A program made the translations under genes and the position numbers. A model generated the notes under the pieces. It was not told where the DNA came from. It worked only from the letters and a program-made list of their open reading frames with translations, and searched no databases. Below, piece by piece: positions 53,579-64,000 of a DNA stretch of 64,000 nucleotides. This DNA is from Haliotis cracherodii (taxonomy: Eukaryota), in assembly GCF_022045235.1 (NCBI RefSeq), contig NW_027266319.1:15686001-15750000 (forward strand), read 5' to 3'. Numbering within the stretch: the first letter of the stretch is position 1; each line of letters opens with the position of its first letter.

Positions 53579-56500
53579 TTACAGCGCCTTATACGCTGTT
53601 GGCATCCTCCGTGTTGGTATGTAGTACACGGAGTCAAAGCTCTCCCTATCGATGTTGGTGCGAAGAGTTCTTGTGCTGCTGTTGTGCAGTGAAAGACTTC
53701 CCCCGGAGCCGTTCGACGACGTCGAGTTGCTGTTCGTCGGAGACACCTGTTTCGGAGCCCGACGGTTGTCTTGCTTGTTGCAACACAACATGTACCATTG
53801 GTCGCGAACCTGCTTCCTTCTGGCTACCAACATCACAAAGATAAAGAAACCCTGCAAGGAGCTGAGGAAGGTGAAGACGTATTGAAACACGATCCGGGCA
53901 TCCTCGATCTGCAGGAAGCCGAATATCCACGTCAACCCTGGAATTAAAGGCAAAAACACGTACACTCGCATGCAAAAATAACTGTTTTATTATCTAACAT
54001 ACTGGGATTTCTTAAAACTTAAAACTCCCTTCTTGTCAAAGATTCAAAGACGTTTAATTTGTCGGAAGATGTAACTCAACGTTTTTCTTATGTCGATTTT
54101 TTTTTTCAAATAAATATATTAACAGTCTTCTGCCCAGCGATCTGTGGTATTTTTACACAAGTTGAAATGGCTGCTAATTCAAATTCCCAACAAGAGTGAG
54201 TGAGTGAGTATGGTTTTACGCCGCTTTTAGCAATATTCCAGCAATATCACGGCCCAACAAGAGATTGAAAAGGAGAGGCAAATTTGAGGTGTGAGTTTGT
54301 TTTTCTCTCAAATACGCTTTAAGCTACACAGGTTTACCTTGACGAACGGTTTCAAAAACCGTAAAAAACAGTCAAAGCCTCGGTAAAGCTTTCAAAAAGT
54401 GTTATGGAAGACATGTGGAGGACATTTCAAAATTTGGCACATAAGTGACAGAAATGATGTCCGATGCAGTTCCCTATTTTGTATCACATGTTCCCATGTT
54501 TTTTTCAGGTGAACAATTGACTTGCCTTTGCATGTGTTTGTGACGGGTGCCACCAGTGGGGCAGGATACGCTCACCTTTTCGCGAGCACCTGGATTAGTC
54601 ACTATGTAGTAGACTAGTAATTATTGTTTAAATGGACCATAATTCAAGCCGAGGGGCCATATTGTCCATATCATCATGGACATCTTATCATACCCGGCCT
54701 TGCTTTATGTCCATGCCGACAATCCGGTTCCAAACAAACCCGTTCCAGTTTAACCCAAACACGAGGAAGCGTGTTGAACTTAATTACACCTAAACATGTG
54801 TTTTTTTCATAGTATTTGTTTTAATGTTCTGTGAAGTTGTAAATACAATTAATGTGAAGCAAACCTACCCAGAAGCATAAAAATGGTGACAGCGGCCTTC
54901 AAGTGCATCCTAGCTCGTCGCTGTTTCGACTGGGTGCTCCGGAGACCGTCGGGTCGTCGTACCAGGCTGGCGAGGATGATGATGAACATGATGATGTTGA
55001 TGACAACGATGACGCCGACGGGTACAGCAAATGCGTAATAGAAGGCCTCCATCCCCATCCAGCAGCTAGGAGGGAAAGTTTAATTGATCACTCTAGAAAA
55101 TGTGTTGCATTGTACAGTTGGTTGGTTGGTTGGTTTGTTGTTTAACGCCACACTCAGCAATATTCCTGCTATATGACGGCGGTCTGTAAAATAATCGAGT
55201 CTGGATCATGAGCATCGATCCACGCAATTAGAATCGCCTTTTACGCCAAGCATAGTCGACTTTTACGGCAGGCATGGGTTGCTGAAGACCTATTCTATCC
55301 CGGAATCTTCACGGTCCGCATTGTACAGTGTTACGTAAGTCGCAAAGACGTCAGGGCGGTGATTTAGCCTCGTGGTTAAAGCGTTCGCTCGTCACAACGA
55401 AGACCCGGGTTCGATTCCCAACGTAGGCATAATGTGTAAAGCCCATCTCTGGTGTCCCCCACCGCGATATTGCTGGAGTATTGCTAAAGGCGGCATAAAA
55501 CCATACTCACTCACGTATAGACATCATGAAATGTTCAGTAAAAATATAATGCTAATACTTTGTTAAGAACAAACAATAAATTTTACAAGAAGTATATAAA
55601 AGAACGTGTTCAATGACAATAGTTCATGAAATTGCTTTTAAAGAAGGCCAAAAAGTATATTTTGTTCATCTTGTTTTGTGATGGAGTGTCTGACATAATT
55701 CAGCAGTAAAACTGAACACACGGTATGTTTTTTGTGGAGTACCCCCCTTCCACTTGATGTCAAAATCAATGTAACCAATGTCATGTGTGAACCTGAGTGT
55801 GTGTCACTTTGAAAGAAGGGGTAGCCATAAGCTGCTAGGTAAGATGAAGACGATAAATTTGTTTGTTTGTTGTTTAACTTCTCACTCTGCAATATTCCAG
55901 CTATATGACGGCGGTCTGTCAAAACATCAAGTCTGGACCAGACAATCGAGGGACTGATATCACGTGCATCGCACAACTTAATTGGGATACGATGACATGC
56001 ATCAACCAAGTCAGGGAGCCTGGCCACCCTGTTAGTCGCCTCTTACGAGCATAGTCGCCTCTTACGACAAGCATGGGTTGCTGAAGACAAATTCTAACGG
56101 GATCTTCACTCACGGGTCTCTACCATAGTAATGAGTCCAAAGTTTTGAGTGGGTTGCCTATCTGAATTGAGGAAACACCAACGACATCCTTTAAACAAAG
56201 TTAGACGCTGTATATGCTCAAACATTATACGTTGCAACTCTTTCAATTGTTAACACTTCATAGCAGAGTGCTGCCAAATGCCCCAAGCCTTGAAAACATC
56301 TGGCGGAACTTACTACGACTTCCGCCCTCGGTACATGTTGTAGTCAATCGAGAGCACGGAGACCACAGGGATGAGAGGCAAGCCTGTGGAGAGGATATAG
56401 AGGTAGAGCACAGGTACTGAAGACAATCGACATAGAGTCAAGTGTAACAATGTTACATAAACATCATTTTTATATAACGAAAATTGAAAGATGTTAAATA

Positions 56501-59500
56501 AAAAGAAAGGTTTGTAACAATATTAGATAAACTTAATTCTTATATACCAAAAATTGAAAGATGCTACATAAAATATTTTTTGTAACAACGTTAGATAAAC
56601 ATCATTTTTATATACCGAAAAATTGAAAGAAGGTTAAATAAAAAGAAAGGTTTCTAACAACGTTCGATAAACATCATTTATATATACCGAAAATTGAAAG
56701 ATGTTAAATAAATGAAAAGATTTGCAAAAACGTCAGATAAACATCATTCTTATATCCCGAAAATTGAAAGATGTTAAATAAAAAGAGAGGTTTGTAGTAA
56801 CGTCAGATAAACATCATTTTCTGTATACTGAAACTTGAAAGATGTTAAACAAAAGAAAGGTTGGTCTAAGTCTTACCCCATGCAGGAATGGCCGTTTTGA
56901 GTGCATAACTTGACACATACGTGCCAAGGATCTTAACGAAAGTCATGTACTGCAATATGGCCTCAATCAGCATCCAGAGGAACGACACCAGGATGAAGTA
57001 GTGCAGCAACACGGCCACGGACAGACAGAAGTACTCGTTGTTGGTCTGTTTGATGCCCACCAGGAACACCACCTTGGAACATAGCAGGGCCACGGCCATG
57101 TGGAACAGAGTGAGTTGGGCGCGCCCCTGACGCAGCTTCCTGGAAGCAGTGGCAACATCTTTACAAGATGATCACATTTTTTGTTATCTATTTGAATAAT
57201 TTACATTATTCAAATTAAGTGTCCAGATTAATTGCTTATTCTGTATGCCTGGTAGGTGGCATGTAGGTATCAACATATGACCGCATGTAGATATCAATTT
57301 ATGACGGCATGTAGAAATCAAAATATGACAGCATGCAGGTATCAATATATGACTGCATGTAGGTATCAATATATGACTGCATGTAGATATCAATATATGA
57401 CGACATGCAGGTATCAATATATGATGGTGTGGAGGTATCAAAATATGACGGCGTGGAGATTTACTGATAATTGTTTATGCCTATGTAGATACAGTTATCA
57501 ATAAACGACGGAATGTAGGTATTAATATATGGCTGAATGTAGGTATCAATATATGACGGTGTTGATGTATCAAAATATGACGGTGTGGAGGTATTATGAC
57601 GGTGTATAGCACTCAATCACGAATAATAGCCTAGATGTTCACTATTTTACTGAAAACAACGATCATGGGCATGGTGCTAAAAGAATGGCATTCGAAACAA
57701 TCGTCATTAGATCCTTGTAAGGGTAAGGGGTGTAACTCTGCATAGCACTTTGCGTCACCCCAAGCTACAGCGTCATCCGCCCCCTGAAGATCAAGATAAC
57801 GTACAGAGGCAGAGAGGGACAGTGGTACTGACTTGAAGAAGACGAATGTGATGATGGTGAGGGCGAGGCCGAAGATGGAGAGGCTGAGGCCGACCAGGGA
57901 GATGATGCTGAGCGTCAGTTCATGTTCAGGCTCCACTGGCTTGCTGTGTCCGTAGAAGTCCTGAGGAGTGGATGGTAGAGTCAGTGAGTGAGTGAGTTGG
58001 TTCCATACCATTTTGAAGACTAGTTCAGTATGATTATGTGTAAGCCTTACGACAGGGAAGGTCGAAGTGACGCAGTTTATTTATCACATTGGCGAAACCC
58101 ACGAGAAGCTGACGGACCAAGGATCATAACCTGTGATTCGAACCCACGACATACAGATTTTAGCATAGATAAGGATGGAGTATGTGTTATTATAAGGGCA
58201 GCATAGACCACTGATTCACCAGTACACATATGTCGGACAGAGATGTAAAATGGGTCTACATTAAATGTTCATCTTGCATTGCACAGAGGACATGAAGTCA
58301 ATAATTACATTGCATTACATGTAAGGCTAAAAACAAAATATTTTTGGTTCTCAGGCACCACCGCATCATCACAAAGTTTCGTTTTTATTTCCATTTTGAA
58401 AAAAATATATATCCTTAAATGTTACGCGTCTCGAACGCACGACCCCACAGTGAAACGCTACAATACTTAAAAACAATGCGATCCAATATTGCATGCAGTT
58501 ACTTCCCTTTTCATGCGCACTGCTTTACTGCGCTTCTTATGCGTTATGGCGGTAATTGGAGAGTGCTTGTTTTGCCGTTTGCAAATTTGGCCAAAGAAAA
58601 CATGAAATTTGCGATAGAAAATCACCAGACATGATGATTTACATAGTCAGTGGTATCTGTGTACTGTATGCGGGACAATGTTTCATACGCAGAGGTTAAG
58701 TTTTACATATTTATTTGTCTCGTAAAATAAGCGGGAAATGATTAATTTGCGTAGTTCAGCGCGGATTTGCTGACATGGTATTTCCGGTGTTACGTGTTCA
58801 CAGTAATGTGTTTGTGTTGGGAAAAAACCCAAAAGAAACCCTTCAACCCTGTGTATAAGACGACAACCACCCCCACCCCCGAAAACCTCATGATTATAGT
58901 TATGAAAAAATCGCCTTATACACAGCGATATACGGAATTGGATTCTTACAATTTTGTACACAAACGAAATAACATAAAAAAAGCTGCCCAGCCACACGAT
59001 ATTTTCCTAAGCTATTGCCTCAGAACCAATTCTCTTTTTTCAGCCTTAACAAACGGGCATCTTCTTGAGGCAAGGAAGTTATTTGACTATAAATGTCCTG
59101 TTTCCACCCTTGCCGAACTTGGTTGGAATTCCGGACTTACATTTTGGCTGGACTCACGAGTCTATTCATAAGCAAAGGAAAAAGGCGGACAATCTCGTAA
59201 ACAACATGGATTTCAATGTACAGATTTGGGTTAACTGCAGGATTTGCAAAGCATGTGAACCATCAACTGGGTGGATATTTTGCAAATCATTTTTAATCAA
59301 GGTGTTCAAGTGATTTGATGCACATCGCGGGGTAAGACCCGTTTTATTACAATACAATACAATTCAATAATCTTGATTATCGATCAGATGGTCGTAGCTT
59401 TTTTTGTTTGAAGCCATTGCAAGTGATATGAGAGATTGAATCTGATTGGTCGGTAGGAGGGACATAGAAGGGACATAACTCGTAATAGCCACTGGTGGCG

Positions 59501-62500
59501 CTACGATCGAGCCTGGGAATTCGAAATGATAAGGGCGTCGAGCATAAGGAGTAAATATAAACCTACCAGCAGCACGGCGAAGTTGGTCAGATGGTTACAC
59601 ATACAGATGTCCAGGCCGTACATCGTCCCGTTGTAATAGCATCCGTCCGTTGACCATCCTCCCACTCCTTGGTTCTCAAGGAAGTCCCAGAACGCGCACT
59701 TCGTCGTCTTCAGGTGGTTACTCGTGTCCTGCATAATAAGTAAAATCAAGGTTCAGGTTTATACAGCGTTAAAAGCTATTCATATCAAGGGTTCTGCGAA
59801 TTTCTTTTCAAGAAAATAGTCACATTATATTTTTGATTTTACTTTAAGTGTGCTCTCAACATATGGCGCACTGTTAATATTGAACTGAACTGACCATGCA
59901 CTCAATCTTAATGATGCATGTGCGTGACTCAAGAGTGAGCCGGTTGGATTCAACCATTTCTTTGTATTATGTGCATCGCACTACTTAATTGGGATACGAT
60001 GACATTCATCAACCAACTAAGGGAGCCTTGCCTACCCGTTAGTCGCCTCTTACAAGCATAGTCGCCTCTTATGACAAGCATGGGTTGCTGAAGACAAATT
60101 CCAACGGTATCTTCACTCACGGATCTCTACCATAGTAATGAGTCCAAAGTTTTGAGTGGGTTGCCTATCTGAATTGACGAAACACCAACGACATCCTTTA
60201 AATAAAGTTAAACGCTGTATATGCTCAAACAGTATACGTTGCAGTTCTTTCAATTGTTAAAACTTCATGGCACAGCGCTGCCAAATGCTACAAGCCTTGA
60301 AAACATCTGAACTTACACAGACTTCCGCCCTGTATATGCTCAAACATAATATGGCGTCACAGCTTAAGGGGCAAGATAGACCAAAGTAAATTTATTAAAA
60401 CCCACAAAAAGGGTGTTATGCCTTGTGCGCAAGGGTCATAATCTTATATTATATGGGATTAGAACTCGAGATAGGGAATCCTGGCAAGAGAGGTGAGTCT
60501 GACCGGGGCTTTAGGCAAGTGGGCCACCCATGCTATAGGTCTTAAAATGCCACTTCTTGGGGTTAAAATTGTATTTCGGTACAACAGCATTCATTTCGAT
60601 ATTTGTTCATGCAGGGTTAGCTATAAATATGTACTTACAACAAACGGTCTAAAAGCCATCCGGATCATGTTGTGAAGCCCCACGATCTTCTTGCCTCCCA
60701 GTGTAGCGGAAATGATAGCACTGTTGACGAGACCCAGAGTGGAATTGACGCCCGTGGTAAAGAGACCCGTCTTCCGGTAGATGAGCATCGAGAGGCGCGT
60801 TGTGTTGCTCTCCCCTATAAAAAAAAAAAAATCATACATCTGGTGAGAGGACAAATAATTTCGGCAAAATATATCTCAACACATTCAACAGCGTAATCTT
60901 TTTAAATTGGACTTCTATAGGACTGAATTATGTGACTACCGAGCTTGCAGCAGGAGGTTAAGAGAAAAAGGCGATATAAAGATGAGGTTTGAAGGACCAT
61001 AAATGTTGACCAGTATTGAATCCGGATTTTCTTTCGGCGTCGGTTTTGAATAATGGTTTAGGACGTGGTCAGTTGTATACCACCTATATCACGACGACCT
61101 GTTAATAATCGAGTCTGGACCGGATAAACCATGAGCAAGATGACACACAGTCAACTAAGTGACCACTCAATCTAATTGTGTCGCCTCTAACGACCAGCGA
61201 TGGGTTATTGGGGACCTATTTTAACCCTGGTCACCAAAGGGTGGGATAATTGGTATGAAGTGCAGTTCATCGATATTTAGATATGTACATGTAATCATTA
61301 ATGTCAGAGGTGTTGCATACTATAAAAAACAAAGGTTACTTTCGCGTGAGTGATTTGTGTTTATCTGTGTCTAAAATACCCGTCTGCCCGACAGCTCGAG
61401 ACGGTCTGTTTTGCAGACGGACGGTCAGTTTTGAAAACTTGCACGCCAAATGTTTGGGAGTTGAAGTTACTAAGATGGCAAACCACCAGTTTATTGCCAT
61501 TTTCTGAGAACAAACATTAAACAGTACTATTCTTATCTTTACCCTTTTGTCACTTTTGTTCGTTAGTCTAGAATCTTCTGGACTGGCAACATTTTGTCTG
61601 GTCTGGTACCTTTGCAATGTTCCCAGTCCAGTTTTCTGACTGAAATTTGGGGGAATTTTATACACTTCGTTTATATCCTAATCCCATCCATGTGACGACG
61701 GGCGGCTGCCTACCGTGCATGCTCTTGACGACGAGTTCCTGGGGCAGTTCAATGGCCACGTCAAATTCAGCCAGACTGCTGTCCAAGCGGTCTCGGATGG
61801 TGAGTATGCGTGGGTTGGTGAGAGGGGAGCTCCAGCTGCCCCCCATACTGGCTCCGAGACCAATTACAGGAGCCATCCCGGCGTCCAGGTTCCACACCTC
61901 CATGGCAACATTAGGAGTCACCAGGCGCATGTTCTTGGCGGCGCCGATGTCAGTCTTCATGCTGAATTTCTCCAGGTTCTCGACGATCCTGAGTTTAGAA
62001 ACAACTGCTACTGAACGCTTCATGTTTAAATACAAACCTTACAGTACATCATATATTACTTTCACCAAAAAGGAATGAGATAATAGGAAATACGATTGAT
62101 GAGTTCAATATGTTCTTGCAAATCAGCTTAATGCTATAGATCTCTACATCAATTATATGGAGTAGATCTTTCCCTGAAGATTGCAGGGATAAAGATCGAC
62201 ACAAGTCTGTACTACTTTCGTTGGTATTGTTTTGTTGAAGTTCTTTCCGCAAAATGAACATATTTTATCTATCAAATTGTTCGGGCATCAATCACATATA
62301 CATTAAGGCTTTTAATTAAACTGACAGTTTCGTATTTCATCCAATTATGGAACAAAGGATATTTCAAAACATTTTATGGCCCGAATTATTATTTTGGAAA
62401 AACGTCAGTTATCATTGTACAAATGATTTAGCGTTAGATAAACGTCATTACCTAGTTGCAGCCCGAGACTTAAGCTGTGCATTTCTAATGGCGGCAGTGT

Positions 62501-63895
62501 CAGCATCTAGGATCCTGTTGACTGTGTGAAGAAGCTTGAGACCCATCTGAAACAACAACATTGGGATACCTAGAATTACCTAGACGATAAGACCAATTCT
62601 CTGTATATATGCGTCCTTCACGGAGGGAGCAAATTAGTGGATCTTCCTGATAATGCCCGCAAACATGAACAGCATATTGAAACTATCGCATTACAACGGA
62701 AGTTACCTGGCTAGCCGACGGTGATGTGACCTTCACTATGCGTCCAATGACCTCGGCACATGTGTCAATATCGGCATCGGTTAATCCTGACGTTTTATCC
62801 AGAATCTCCGCCATCTTGTCCGTGACATCCCTTACGTTGCCATCTTCTATTTCAATCTAGGAAATATTATAATTATTGCATATAGTTGCCGGAATCAATG
62901 CTAGAAATTCTCAAATCTTAAATCTACAGATTTTTCCATAGTGTTCTGGACATTGTGGTCAGTACCCTTTTGTGACCGTCAGCAATATTCCAGTTATATT
63001 TCGGCATGCTGTACATAATACAAAACATGGGATGCTGGGAGCCTATTACACTCAGGACATACCTTCCAAACCATTTTGGAAATAGAAACTAATTCTCTAC
63101 CCAATAAATGTAATCGATTATATAAATCAACTGGAGTAAAACAGACAATACAATGTTGTTTCTCGTCATTGAAGTCCTAGGAAATATTACATAAAACCCA
63201 GTCAGGGTGATGGAAAATTGTTTCCAAATCTCCGAATACTAACCTCGTCCAAATGTGCCAGATCTTTTGAAGGCATCAACTGAAAATGGGGTAGGTGTGC
63301 ACCCGGTATTCTAAAAGCTGCCGGTTCACTATTGTTGGGCTTCCGGTTGCGTAGAAGGTCATCAGAATCTGTGACCGGAAGTGTGCTAGCAGAGGACCTG
63401 TGACAGTCAGTGTCGATCTGCCAGTTCTCCCAATAAGCCCCGGTTTCGTAGTTGCCCTGGCAGTTCGCATAGCCGACAGCAACACCGTCTGGGGGATACA
63501 GCATTCATTTGAGCACAGTACTAGGACATCAGGTTTGACATACGTATGCGTCAAGGAAATCAAATTCTAAATGCAGTGTCATTGTTTTCTTCAAAAGCTA
63601 GAATGGGTAAGTCGGTCAAAATGGTGGTGGTGGTAGTAGTGGTTGTGACGGTGGTAATGGTTGCTATTCTAATGCGGATCTTCAGGGATGACAGTAAGTA
63701 AACATAGTAAGAATAAATTGTATGCCCAAAATAGGTCAAAATAATAATAAGAATCGTGACAAAACGACTGTGAGACAATACAACATCGCCTACCACAAAG
63801 TTCAATGCTGTCCACGTTGTTTCCGATGGCGGTCTTGGGGAACTGGGCACCAAACCCTGTCCTGCTGTCTTCGAGGTAGGCGGGCGGGCAAAAGT
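53579..63895 (-). CDS. Adhesion GPCR (HormR-GAIN/GPS-7TM), 5' part outside the window. Exons 63895-63794, 63488-63244, 62856-62707, 62546-62452, 61988-61714, 60814-60639, 59728-59567, 57960-57833, 57139-56877, 56383-56314, 55065-54869, 53937-53579
   Basis: GPS motif CAFW...GGWSTDGC...CMCNHL|TNFAVLL. TM motifs LSIISLVGLSLS, LLHYFILVSFLWMLIEA, YCW, LLGLTWIFG and SLQGFFIF. All junctions are GT-AG and phase-consistent. Confidence 0.93.
56440..56865. repeat. ~62-bp AT-rich intronic tandem repeat
   Basis: Recurrent agataaacatcatt...gaaaattgaaagatgttaaataaaa. Confidence 0.85.
57255..57605. repeat. 24-bp intronic minisatellite
   Basis: Unit gcatgtaggtatcaatatatgact. Confidence 0.88.
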
Positions 63896-64000
63896 CTATA
63901 AATGTAGAATGACCATCATGTATGTGTTGTCTCATCAGCTGGGAGATCATGGGTTTGACAATTTAAAACATTATTAAACATTATTAAGAATTTGAGAATT

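Overview
Intron-rich animal genomic DNA, not prokaryotic. The repeat landscape and gene families suggest a gastropod mollusc, possibly abalone (Haliotis); this is inference only. Most long ORFs in the track are artefacts of tandem repeats. Manual splicing (GT-AG, phase-consistent) gives six genes. (1) A 472-aa secreted precursor (1040-2458, -) cut at KR sites into about nine peptides, including four near-identical 38-aa His-rich, amphipathic, C-amidated ones. (2,3) Two 3-exon PAN/apple + atypical C-type-lectin paralogs (12600-14547 and 20552-24553, -). (4) A 6-exon, 249-aa secreted protein (30961-36964, +), mostly invisible in the ORF track. It joins a bacterial-type SH3b cell-wall-binding domain to a LAS/M15-type Zn-peptidase domain (SRH-x6-D ... 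HIH). (5) A 3-exon paralog with only the SH3b domain (45546-48700, +), whose stop codon and splice donor have been amplified into a 39-bp minisatellite. (6) The 3' part of an adhesion GPCR (53579->63895, -). The rest is satellites, four SINE/LINE-tail families, MITEs, decayed LINE/Penelope fragments and one N-gap. The best candidates for an undescribed system are the intron-containing SH3b-Zn-peptidase with its SH3b-only partner, and the His-rich multi-peptide precursor. Together they may form a secreted antibacterial locus. All functional assignments come from motif recognition; no database search was run.
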